The translations under genes were made by a program, and so were the position numbers. Below the pieces are notes generated by a model that saw nothing but the letters and a program-made list of their open reading frames with translations, ran no database searches and was not told the DNA's origin. Below, in pieces: positions 17,112 to 26,248 of a stretch of 64,000 nucleotides of DNA. The stretch spans positions 1 through 64,000 of IMG/VR virus record IMGVR_UViG_3300037851_000553, one strand, 5' to 3'. Every line of letters starts with the position of its first letter. Within the stretch, counting starts at the first letter, position 1. The stretch comes from a virus.

Positions 17112-18935
17112 ATGATAGACAAAATAGACTTTTCAAGATGCCGTTGTGAAAATGCTGGGTGGTGTAACTTATTTAAAAAAGAAATGCCGTCAAACCCTCC
17201 AAGTTGGCAATGGTGTCAGTCTATAACGCCATCACAGCGTGAAGAATATTATAAAAAGAATGTTATACAATCTTCTATGAAAAATATTAAAGACATGATT
17301 AGCAAAGTTGATATTGTTCAATTTTATGATAAGTTGCCAGAAATTCAAAGCGATTATGCTGTTTGTGTGATTCCAGCAAACCAAGACGCTGTTTCGTTAT
17401 TAGACGTAACAAGAGACAGTATTATCAGATATGCAAAAAAGTGTGGTGCTGATTATATAGAGTTGTCAGGAAATCAACACCCAGACTGGGTTATGGCAAA
17501 CAAGTACAGAGCTCATCAAGTATCTTCAAGATATAAAAAAACACTATATGTAGATTGTGATGTTGCTATAAAAGATGAAACACCAAATATCTTTCAGATT
17601 ACACCAGACGACAAAATATCGGCGTGTTCTGATTTTACAAGATTCAAAAAGTGGTCTGACACAGAATGGATAAGGAACGAACAAGAGTTAATTGTTCACA
17701 AAGTATTAAATTCTAATCATAAAAATATTAAAAATGGAAAATTCGAAGCAACGGAAATGCTTAATGGCGGATTTTTAGTAATACCGCAATCTTTAGCTGA
17801 TTATTATAAACAGCCATCAAAGCCATATCCTAGACAATGGTGTTTTGATCAAAATTATTTAACACTTACGCTTCCAGACGACAAACTGAATCTTTTATCT
17901 TTAAAATTTAATAACACAACCGTTGCGTCTACTAAATCTAAAGACACAATCATATGCTCAGAATTTTGGGAAGAATTAGACGAGTGTTACATTGTTCATG
18001 CAAATGGTATAAAAAATAACGAAATCAGAAAAGATATTTTAATAAGTTTTTTTGACGGTTCAATAAGAACAAAACAATCAACCGTAAAAACAAACACTCA
18101 GAACAATACGGACAAACCAAAAACAATACAACATAACCCATCCTGGGTTCTTGTTGTTGAACCAGAAGAACCGGTTATTGTGCCACAAAAAGATACGGCT
18201 GTTATCATGCTTGCGGCTGGTCCTTCTGGTAGAGAAATGGCACAATTTACAGGGCCAGCAGCTAAAAGATATGCCGAAAAAATTGGATCTGATTTTGTTA
18301 TGATAGGTGGCGAGGTTGCAAATCTAAAATTTCCATGCGGAGATAAGTTTAGGATACGTCATTATGCTAAATATTATCGTAGATCAATTTATATTGACGC
18401 TGATGTTTTTATAAGAAAAAACGCACCAAATCTCTTTGAAATCGTTCCAGAAGGAACGGTTGGTATGACAGACACATTTTTTACACACATAAAGCCATAC
18501 AAAAAACACCCAAATCCAAATTTTGACGTTATAAGAGACTGGGTTATTCCAGAAGTTTCTGAAATTATGTTGTCGCAGGGTGAAGAACCAACGCCTTCAC
18601 AAATCAAAAAACACTGGAATAGTGGGCTGATTGTTCTTGACCCTGATCTTGCTCAAAAATATTTTGAGCCCATGAAACGCCCATGTCCTCCGTTTTGGTG
18701 TTCAGAAGAGCATTGGTGCCGTAGAAATATTGATGTTCACGAATTAATTATAAGCGAAATTCCCACGAGTATACACTGGGGTTGGTGGTGGGATCAAGAT
18801 TTTAAAGAATTTGAACAAAGCAACGCAAGTTTTTTGCATTTGGCTGGAATGGGCCACAACGTTCCTTGGTGGGCAGCAACAGATATGGAGTGGAGAGTAA
18901 GAATTCTAAGAATACTAGGAACACTAGACAAATGA
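17112..18935 (+). CDS. two-domain GT8-like (GT-A) glycosyltransferase with N-terminal Cys4 module
   Basis: Two GT-A-like halves, each with a DxD (LYVDCDVAI and IYIDADVFI). N-terminal CRCENAGWC...WQWC. The N-terminal half is a paralog of 19558-21396. Confidence 0.65.
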   Translation: MIDKIDFSRCRCENAGWCNLFKKEMPSNPPSWQWCQSITPSQREEYYKKNVIQSSMKNIKDMISKVDIVQFYDKLPEIQSDYAVCVIPANQDAVSLLDVTRDSIIRYAKKCGADYIELSGNQHPDWVMANKYRAHQVSSRYKKTLYVDCDVAIKDETPNIFQITPDDKISACSDFTRFKKWSDTEWIRNEQELIVHKVLNSNHKNIKNGKFEATEMLNGGFLVIPQSLADYYKQPSKPYPRQWCFDQNYLTLTLPDDKLNLLSLKFNNTTVASTKSKDTIICSEFWEELDECYIVHANGIKNNEIRKDILISFFDGSIRTKQSTVKTNTQNNTDKPKTIQHNPSWVLVVEPEEPVIVPQKDTAVIMLAAGPSGREMAQFTGPAAKRYAEKIGSDFVMIGGEVANLKFPCGDKFRIRHYAKYYRRSIYIDADVFIRKNAPNLFEIVPEGTVGMTDTFFTHIKPYKKHPNPNFDVIRDWVIPEVSEIMLSQGEEPTPSQIKKHWNSGLIVLDPDLAQKYFEPMKRPCPPFWCSEEHWCRRNIDVHELIISEIPTSIHWGWWWDQDFKEFEQSNASFLHLAGMGHNVPWWAATDMEWRVRILRILGTLDK

Positions 18936-19546
18936 ACAAAAATATAGTTATATGCACATCACCCAGGTCTGGAAGTCAATGGTTGTCTGAATGTATTCGT
19001 CTTGGGGGGCTTGGTAAATGTGCAGAATGGATGGCAGAAGATATTGTCAACGGAAGAAAACACCCAACGCTTAACTTTCCGCTGGTTCTTCACGGATGGC
19101 TTGCGGCCAGAGCTTCTAAATACATAAATTGGAACAATGTTACAGTTGTTTACTTAAGACGGTTGGACATTGACGCACAAGCCGTTAGCTGGTTTCGTGC
19201 TATAATTGGTAAACGGTGGAACAGTGATTTTCCAGAGGACTCTTTATCGTTCGAACACTACAATTTTCATAGAATCATGGAACTCCGTTCGTCTATCTTG
19301 GAATATAGATCTGTGTGGCAATTGTTGTTCAAAAAACACAACATAAAACCAATAAAAGTTTCATACGAAAGACTTGCTGGTAACTGGTTTGAAATGGTCA
19401 ACCTAATCGAAAGACTTGGAGGAAAAATTGATCCCAATGGGCCAAGTCCACACCAAAAAATTCAACGCGACAACTTAAACAGAAAGTGGTTGGAACGGTT
19501 TAGACAAGAAGTAAAAGCCGGTTATCGTATTGAAATTCCTGTATAG
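18932..19546 (+). CDS. Stf0-type sulfotransferase
   Basis: VICTSPRSGSQWLSE (5'-PSB loop) and VYLRRLDIDAQAVSWFRA (3'-PB region). ATGA overlap with the upstream stop. Confidence 0.75.
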   Translation: MNKNIVICTSPRSGSQWLSECIRLGGLGKCAEWMAEDIVNGRKHPTLNFPLVLHGWLAARASKYINWNNVTVVYLRRLDIDAQAVSWFRAIIGKRWNSDFPEDSLSFEHYNFHRIMELRSSILEYRSVWQLLFKKHNIKPIKVSYERLAGNWFEMVNLIERLGGKIDPNGPSPHQKIQRDNLNRKWLERFRQEVKAGYRIEIPV

Positions 19547-19557
19547 GATTATACAAA

Positions 19558-21396
19558 TTGTCTCAAATAGATTTTTCAAAGTGCAACTGCGAAAATTCTG
19601 GGTGGTGTAAAACGTTTGACAAGGAAATGCCATCAAACCCCCCAAATTGGCAGTGGTGTCAATCTGCCACAGCAGAAGAGCGTGAAAATTTTTACAAAAA
19701 AAACCCAACAAAATTTTTACAAAGGATAAATAAAGCTGTTGAACCGGTTGAATTTTACGACGAATTACCAGAGATTAAAAGCGATTATGCCGCTTGTGTT
19801 ATTCCGGCAACAAGCGATGCTGCTGAACTGTTAGAAATAACCAGAGATGCTATTATAAAGTATGCAAAAAAATGTGGTGCAGACTACATTGAGTTGACCG
19901 GTAATCAAAATGAAAATTGGCCAATGTCCAATAAATATAGAGTTGAACAGGTTGCAAAAGTTTATAAAAAAACCCTGTATTTAGATTGTGATATTGTTGT
20001 TCGTCATGACTCTCCAAACATTTTTATAACTACGCCTGACGACAAAATATCAGCCTATGATGAGTGGGAGATTTGGGAGTCTAGAAAAGACACAGAGTGG
20101 ATAATCGAAGAACAAAAAATAATATCCAACAAGATGCTTGGTGGGGGTGGGAGCTCATTTGTTACAAATAAAATGCTCAACGGTGGAATCTTGGTGATAC
20201 CACAACGTATGGCACACTATTACAAACAACCAACCAGTGTATATCCTAAACAGTGGTGTTTTGATCAAAATTATTTAACACTTACGTTACCAGAAGATAA
20301 ACTTAATAGATTAAGCTACAAGTTCAACTGTGAATATGCAGACCAAAACTTTTATTCTAAACAAAAAGAATCTTATTTTGTTCATATAAATAATATTAAA
20401 AGATCTGATTCAGAAAAAAGAATAGATTTATTAAAAAAAATAAGTAATTATGTAGAGAATATTGATTCTGATCTGTGGATTCATGAAGATATATCTACTT
20501 CTAAAAAGTATCATAGTTGTAGTTTTGCTATAAAGAGACAGAAAAATGAAAACATTAAACTTAAAAAATACATCATCGAACAACAAGAAACTAAATACAC
20601 AGCAAATGATGTTTCCATTTTGTGTCTTGGGCATAAAAAAGAGCAATTTGATTCTATCAAACCCAGGCCATATCTGAAAAATATTAACTTAAATACTATT
20701 GATGCTGGCGAATTTTCTGGAAACGAGTGGGCAGAAGCAAGGGTGTTTTTGTCTAAAAATAATTTATTTGATTCGGACGCAAAATTTTACGGAATGGTTA
20801 CAGCCTCTTGGAACATGAAGTATTATTCTCAGTGTAGAATTGATGATTTTCATAATTGGTTTTCTGCTAAAGTGTTATTGAATTCTAAACCAGAAGATAG
20901 GGTTGTTCTTTGTGCCGACATGTATTGTTGGTGCAACTGGTTAAATGATAAAACTTGTTATAACAACAATAGAGTGATAAACTCGATTATGGACAAGGAC
21001 TACTATGATAATAAGTTAATATTGAGAAATTTTTTACGACTTATAAACTTTAATAGGAAGATACATAAACGTGTTCCGTTTTCAAACCAAATTATTTGTC
21101 ATAAACACTTGTTTCAGGATCTGGTAAACGAAATAAAAGAAAAAGATATAGCAGGAAAAATAAAATGGTTTATAAAAAAACACAACATAGTTAAGCACTT
21201 GTCTTATCCAGAGGGTCACTTTAAAAATATTCTAAATTATTCGTTAACAAGAGTGGAAGCATATTTTTTTGAAGTTTATACAATTGCGTGGTTCACCACA
21301 AACGATTGTAAAATTATAAGCAACACGACCAGATTAGAAAACTGGTATAGTTATCAAAGTATGACAAAAAGAATTATAAAAAATAAAAGTGAATAA
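19558..21396 (+). CDS. GT8-like glycosyltransferase with an unknown C-terminal domain
   Basis: TTG start. The first ~290 aa are a paralog of 17112-18935 (CNCENSGWC...WQWC, LYLDCDIVV, QWCFDQNYLTLTLP). The C-terminal ~300 aa are unrecognised. Confidence 0.65.
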   Translation: MSQIDFSKCNCENSGWCKTFDKEMPSNPPNWQWCQSATAEERENFYKKNPTKFLQRINKAVEPVEFYDELPEIKSDYAACVIPATSDAAELLEITRDAIIKYAKKCGADYIELTGNQNENWPMSNKYRVEQVAKVYKKTLYLDCDIVVRHDSPNIFITTPDDKISAYDEWEIWESRKDTEWIIEEQKIISNKMLGGGGSSFVTNKMLNGGILVIPQRMAHYYKQPTSVYPKQWCFDQNYLTLTLPEDKLNRLSYKFNCEYADQNFYSKQKESYFVHINNIKRSDSEKRIDLLKKISNYVENIDSDLWIHEDISTSKKYHSCSFAIKRQKNENIKLKKYIIEQQETKYTANDVSILCLGHKKEQFDSIKPRPYLKNINLNTIDAGEFSGNEWAEARVFLSKNNLFDSDAKFYGMVTASWNMKYYSQCRIDDFHNWFSAKVLLNSKPEDRVVLCADMYCWCNWLNDKTCYNNNRVINSIMDKDYYDNKLILRNFLRLINFNRKIHKRVPFSNQIICHKHLFQDLVNEIKEKDIAGKIKWFIKKHNIVKHLSYPEGHFKNILNYSLTRVEAYFFEVYTIAWFTTNDCKIISNTTRLENWYSYQSMTKRIIKNKSE

Positions 21397-22492
21397 ATTA
21401 GACTATATAATTGTTGGTGCTGGTTTGTCTGGTGCTACGTTTGCTAGATATGCAACCGATAGGGGTAAAAAATGCTTGGTTTTAGATAAAAGAAAGCATA
21501 TAGCTGGAAATATTTTTAGCCAAAACGTTGACGGCATCGAAGTTCACAAGTATGGACCCCACATTTTTCACACCAACTCTGAAAAAATTTGGAACTACGT
21601 AAATCAGTTTGCCGCTTTCAATGATTACAGACACAAGGTGCTGGTGAATTGTGGAGATGAGTTTTTCTCATTTCCAATCAATTTAAAAACACTAGAATCT
21701 TTGTGGGGTATCAAGGATGATGCAGAATTGATTAAAAAATTTGAAAACGGCAAGTCCAAACATAAACCCAAAGAAAATCTAGAAGATTGGGCTATAGCAG
21801 AGGTTGGTGAAGAAATCTATCGTAAGTTGATTTATGGATATACAAAAAAACAATGGGGTGTTTCACCGGCAAAATTACCACCATCAATAATAAGCAGAAT
21901 ACCGGTTAGACAAAACCGTAATGATGATTATCATAATTGCAAATTTTCTGGTATTCCGTTGTGCGGATACACAGATATGGTTGCGAATATGCTTTTTGGA
22001 ATAGAAGTTCAACTAGAAACAGATTATTTTCAAAAACGGTATTATTGGGATTCTATAGCAAAGAATATTATCTATACCGGGCCAATTGATGAATTCTTCG
22101 ATTACAAATACGGAGAAATGAAGTGGCGTTCTTTAAGATTTCAAGAACAAAGAATAAACCAGACGCTTGTTCAGCAAGTGGCACAAATAAATTTTGTACA
22201 AGAAAACGTTCCGTTTACCAGAAGCGTTGAGCACAAACACTTTATACCGTCTACACTTTTGGATAAAAAGTATACCATTATAACCAAAGAATATCCAGAA
22301 AAATATGTTCCTGGTTTAGAAAAATATTACCCGGTATGTAGCTGTTCTCAGGAAAATCTTCTGGCGAAGTATAAAAAACTTATACCTAGTAAATTTATTT
22401 TTATTGGTAGATTGGCCAAGTTTAAATATTACAACATGGATCAAGCGATTGCTTTGTCTCTATCTAAGGCTAGACTTGTAGTTGGAAACTAA
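21389..22492 (+). CDS. glf: UDP-galactopyranose mutase
   Basis: YIIVGAGLSGATFA, HKYGPHIFHT, YTKKQWG, IIYTGPIDEFFDY, SVEHKHF, GRLAKFKYYNMDQ. Collinear with E. coli Glf as I recall it. GTG start. Confidence 0.93.
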   Translation: MNKLDYIIVGAGLSGATFARYATDRGKKCLVLDKRKHIAGNIFSQNVDGIEVHKYGPHIFHTNSEKIWNYVNQFAAFNDYRHKVLVNCGDEFFSFPINLKTLESLWGIKDDAELIKKFENGKSKHKPKENLEDWAIAEVGEEIYRKLIYGYTKKQWGVSPAKLPPSIISRIPVRQNRNDDYHNCKFSGIPLCGYTDMVANMLFGIEVQLETDYFQKRYYWDSIAKNIIYTGPIDEFFDYKYGEMKWRSLRFQEQRINQTLVQQVAQINFVQENVPFTRSVEHKHFIPSTLLDKKYTIITKEYPEKYVPGLEKYYPVCSCSQENLLAKYKKLIPSKFIFIGRLAKFKYYNMDQAIALSLSKARLVVGN

Positions 22493-22516
22493 TTTTACAA
22501 AAACCTGAAAATCCTA

Positions 22517-22545
22517 TTGACTTAACACCGGCTTTAGACTATCAT
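22517..22545 (+). promoter_or_regulatory. sigma70-type promoter
   Basis: TTGACT, 17 nt spacer, TATCAT. The spacer ends in TTTAGAC. Confidence 0.45.
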
Positions 22546-22622
22546 ATGGTGGTCGGAAACCGTGTCGTGGAACCAAGAACATTAAGAAGCCAAAATATTA
22601 TTCTTGTCGAGAGATAGCCTAT

Positions 22623-23168
22623 TTGCATACGCTACCAAGAAATGGCGTTGGTGCAGAACTTGGTGTTTGTAAGGGCGAAAACGCTGTTAACCTATTGCAC
22701 TATAGTAGAGCCAAAAAACTCTACTTGGTAGACCCCTGGGACAACAAAGAACCGCTTGGAGAAGAGGGAAACCCAAATCATATCACAGCACCAGAATATT
22801 TTTTGTTTGAAAAATATGGAAGAAATTATCAAACTTTGGTACAAAAGATATTCAAAGACGAAGTTGAGTCTGGTAAAGTTGTAACTATTCGTAGCTACGC
22901 AAAGCCATGGCTAGATAGTTGCAACATATTGTTTGACTGGATTTACATAGACACTACACACACGTTTGACGAGACCTTCGAAACGGTTGAGAGCAGCGTT
23001 AATGTCCTAAAAAAGGGCGGGGTACTTGGGATTCACGATTATGAGACTGGGTTTCCTTGCGGATGGGACACAATGACCCCGGTTATGTATTTTATGGGAA
23101 CATTTTTATATCCGGTAGCCTGGGCTGGCGTTGATCGCGGCATAACACTATTTTGTAAAAAAATATAG
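22623..23168 (+). CDS. class I SAM-dependent methyltransferase
   Basis: AELGVCKGENAV, LYLVDPW, IYIDTTHTFDET, GIHDY. Paralog of 32293-32922. TTG start is uncertain because the frame is open from 22521 with no ATG. Confidence 0.6.
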   Translation: MHTLPRNGVGAELGVCKGENAVNLLHYSRAKKLYLVDPWDNKEPLGEEGNPNHITAPEYFLFEKYGRNYQTLVQKIFKDEVESGKVVTIRSYAKPWLDSCNILFDWIYIDTTHTFDETFETVESSVNVLKKGGVLGIHDYETGFPCGWDTMTPVMYFMGTFLYPVAWAGVDRGITLFCKKI

Positions 23169-23176
23169 GACAAAAA

Positions 23177-24805
23177 ATGAAGTGGTTTCCTCTCTGTAAT
23201 TATACACACTATTCTTTACAAATTGGCTTTTCCAAACCAAAGCAATTAGCCAAGAAATGCTCTGAAAATTCTTATCCAGCGTGCGGAATCGCTGATTACA
23301 AAAGCATTTCCGGTGCCGTTTCTTTTTATCAAGCTTGTCTGGAAAACAACATCAAGCCAATTATTGGTTGTTCGTTTGATGGGTTTTCTCTTTTTGCAAA
23401 AAATAAGAAGGGTTGGCTTGAATTAATTCGTATAGCATCTACCATAGACGCCGATGGAAACGTCGATAAACCAATGCTAATAAAACTAGCAAACAACGGC
23501 AACATGATTTGCGTTGCAGAAAACGAATTTTTATCTCCTATAACAGGAAGCGACTTTTACGTAAAAAGCGAAGCGTTTCCAAACACGTATTATGTGGAAA
23601 AAGAACAAGCAGAACTCCATAGAATTTTGTTGTGCTCTGGTATGAAAACAACTTTACCAGATATAAACAAACAGCTAGGAAACAGAAAGAGTGTAGACAA
23701 TCAGATTTTCTTTGAGAGCAATGATTTTTATCTTAAAAATCGCATGGAGATATCAAAGATGCTGACAGACGATCCAAAAATGGAAGTCTTTGAGGAAATT
23801 TTTAATAAGATTGAGAATTATAACATTTTAAATAAGCCTATGTTGCCAAATTTTCCAACACCAAACGGGGTCACAGAGCGTGATTATCTAGAAAAACTCT
23901 GCAACGCCGGGTGGAATAGAATGGTAAAAAACGGTGAAATAACAGACCAAAATAAAGACGAATACCACAGACGCTACAAGCACGAATTTGAAGTTATTGA
24001 AAATGCAAATCTTTTTGGTTATTTCTTGATCGTGTGGGACATTTTGAACTATTGTAGAACCAACGGCTGGATGGTTGGTCCTGGCCGTGGAAGTTCTGCT
24101 GGCTGTTTGATTTCCTATTTGATTGGCATTACTTTAATTGATCCAATTAAATACGACCTATTGTTTGAGAGATTTTATAACCCTGGTCGCAACACAGAAG
24201 ATCATATATCGCTTCCCGATATTGATGTAGATGTTCCAACGGGAAAACGTGACCAAATTATCAATGAATTAAAAGACAAATATGGTCACGACAATGTTAG
24301 TCAAATGTGTACGTTTGGCCGTTTGCAGGGTCGTAGTGCCATAAAAGAAGTGCTACGTGTAAATAACGCTTGTGGTTTTGGTGAAATGAACGAAATAACT
24401 AAATATATCCCAGACGAAGCTGCTATTTCGGATCAATTGGCTGAAATGGACGAAGAAGATCGTAGCATAATTCGTTGGGCACTATTGAACCACGCAGACG
24501 ATTTGCGTGATTATTGTTATATTGACCAAGAAGGTAATTTGCGTGGAGACTATTCAGAATTTTTTGAACAAGCCATTCAAATTGAAGGGACGTTTAAGAC
24601 TCAGGGCAAACACGCTGCCGGTGTCGTTATCTCAAAAGAGCCTCTGTATCTAGTGTGCCCAATGGTCAATCAAAAACATGGTACAGAAAAAATTGCAGGA
24701 TTAGAAATGGCAGACCTTGAGGCTTTGGGTCATGTTAAGTTTGATGTATTGGGGATAAATCTCCTTGATAAATTGATGTATATCGAGGATTTACTAGCAA
24801 AATGA
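23177..24805 (+). CDS. dnaE: DNA polymerase III alpha subunit, N-terminal fragment (PHP-like plus palm)
   Basis: GPGRGSSAGCLISYLIGIT, PDIDVDV, GKHAAGVVIS, VKFDVLGI. Ends at the point equivalent to just after E. coli KFDFLGL. Confidence 0.92.
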   Translation: MKWFPLCNYTHYSLQIGFSKPKQLAKKCSENSYPACGIADYKSISGAVSFYQACLENNIKPIIGCSFDGFSLFAKNKKGWLELIRIASTIDADGNVDKPMLIKLANNGNMICVAENEFLSPITGSDFYVKSEAFPNTYYVEKEQAELHRILLCSGMKTTLPDINKQLGNRKSVDNQIFFESNDFYLKNRMEISKMLTDDPKMEVFEEIFNKIENYNILNKPMLPNFPTPNGVTERDYLEKLCNAGWNRMVKNGEITDQNKDEYHRRYKHEFEVIENANLFGYFLIVWDILNYCRTNGWMVGPGRGSSAGCLISYLIGITLIDPIKYDLLFERFYNPGRNTEDHISLPDIDVDVPTGKRDQIINELKDKYGHDNVSQMCTFGRLQGRSAIKEVLRVNNACGFGEMNEITKYIPDEAAISDQLAEMDEEDRSIIRWALLNHADDLRDYCYIDQEGNLRGDYSEFFEQAIQIEGTFKTQGKHAAGVVISKEPLYLVCPMVNQKHGTEKIAGLEMADLEALGHVKFDVLGINLLDKLMYIEDLLAK

Positions 24806-24846
24806 GTATAATGGTATGTCAACCTTAACTTTTACGGAGTCATACC

Positions 24847-25521
24847 ATGAACAAAAAAGAGCTAGAGACTTTGATCTACACTGAAAACAAAACTCAAAGA
24901 GAGGTAGCAAAAGAAAAGGGGGTGAGCGAGGCTTGTGTGTCAAAATGGATGAAAAGACACGGCATCGTCAAAACATCAGAAAGAAGATGGATTGGAAAAA
25001 CCTATGGATCGTTAACTGTTTTGAGCGTTTCTGGAAAAGACAAGTATTCCCACGCCATTTTAGACTGTGTATGTGAGTGTGGAACCAAAATATCTGTATT
25101 AAATCACAGCCTTACTAGCGGTAACACAAAAACGTGCGGTTGCAAATCTAGAAAACGAGGTAGTCAACACCCACATTTCAAAGGGTTCGAGAGGATTCAA
25201 GCTAGTCATTGGGGGCAATACATCTCTGGTGCGACCAAGAGAGGTCTAGATTTTGACATTACTATGGAATACGCCTGGGGGATTTACATTAACCAAAACC
25301 GTTTGTGTGCCTTATCGGGTCAGCCTATCTATTTTCCACGAACGAGAAAACAAAAAACACAATCCACAGCATCGTTGGACAGAATAGACAGCAGCAAAGG
25401 ATACATACCAGGGAATGTTCAATGGATTCATAAAGAGATCAACAGGATGAAATCAAGCCTGTCAGAAAAAGATTTTTTACAATTCATCAGGCAAATCGCT
25501 GAGTACAAGCAGCTTGTATGA
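24847..25521 (+). CDS. HNH homing endonuclease with N-terminal HTH
   Basis: TQREVAKEKGVSEACVSKWM (HTH), a Cys-rich CVCECG...CGC segment, and SLDRIDSSKGYIPGNVQWIHKEINRMK (HNH-type). Confidence 0.85.
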   Translation: MNKKELETLIYTENKTQREVAKEKGVSEACVSKWMKRHGIVKTSERRWIGKTYGSLTVLSVSGKDKYSHAILDCVCECGTKISVLNHSLTSGNTKTCGCKSRKRGSQHPHFKGFERIQASHWGQYISGATKRGLDFDITMEYAWGIYINQNRLCALSGQPIYFPRTRKQKTQSTASLDRIDSSKGYIPGNVQWIHKEINRMKSSLSEKDFLQFIRQIAEYKQLV

Positions 25522-25523
25522 GT

Positions 25524-25565
25524 TTGGACAAACTTATGTACATTGAGGAACTAATCAAACAATGA
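25524..25565 (+). pseudogene. displaced duplicate of the dnaE-N 3' end
   Basis: Encodes LDKLMYIEELIKQ*, compared with LDKLMYIEDLLAK* at 24764-24805. Its TGA overlaps the exonuclease ATG (ATGA). Confidence 0.6.
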
Positions 25566-26236
25566 ATAGGGATATTGTCGTTTTCGATTTTGAAACGGGT
25601 GGAAGAAACCCGCTTCGTTGTCAACCCACACAAATTGCTGCTATCGCATTAGACGGTAGAAACTTTACACCAAAGGGCGAGTTTAATAGCTTGATGCGTC
25701 CGATATTGGATGATGAAAAAGCTATCGCTCTTGGTCTTGATCCGGTTGAAGATGAAGCACTGAAAAAAACAAGAAAGACCAGGGATGAACTTGCCAAAGC
25801 ACCACTACCAAAAACCGTGTGGAAAAAATTCTCTTCTTTTGTAGAACGTTACAATTGGCAGGGTACACCATATTTTGCACCAATTCCGTGCGGATTTAAT
25901 ATAATAGGATTTGATATGCCCATTGTTAACCGTTTATGTAAAGAATATGGACCCTGGGATGAAAAAAGATCGTGTCATAAATTGTTTCACCAAATTTATA
26001 AAATTGATGTAATGGATGATATCTGGCTGTGGACAGAGGGTGATCCAAATGTAAAATCTATAAGCATGGATTCACTTAGAGAGAGGATGGGGCTTTCTAT
26101 GGAAAATGCTCACGATGCCTTGCAGGACGTTAAAGATATAGCGAACATCTTTATCAAGCTGCAAAAGTCAAGAAGAGCAATCTATCGTAATATGAAGTTT
26201 GACAAAGCGTTCGCAGACGGAAAACTATTTGTATAG
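25562..26236 (+). CDS. DnaQ-like DEDDh 3'-5' exonuclease
   Basis: Exo I FDFETGG, Exo II GFNIIGFDMPIV, Exo III HDALQDV. Confidence 0.85.
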   Translation: MNRDIVVFDFETGGRNPLRCQPTQIAAIALDGRNFTPKGEFNSLMRPILDDEKAIALGLDPVEDEALKKTRKTRDELAKAPLPKTVWKKFSSFVERYNWQGTPYFAPIPCGFNIIGFDMPIVNRLCKEYGPWDEKRSCHKLFHQIYKIDVMDDIWLWTEGDPNVKSISMDSLRERMGLSMENAHDALQDVKDIANIFIKLQKSRRAIYRNMKFDKAFADGKLFV

Positions 26237-26248
26237 GAGCTAATAACA

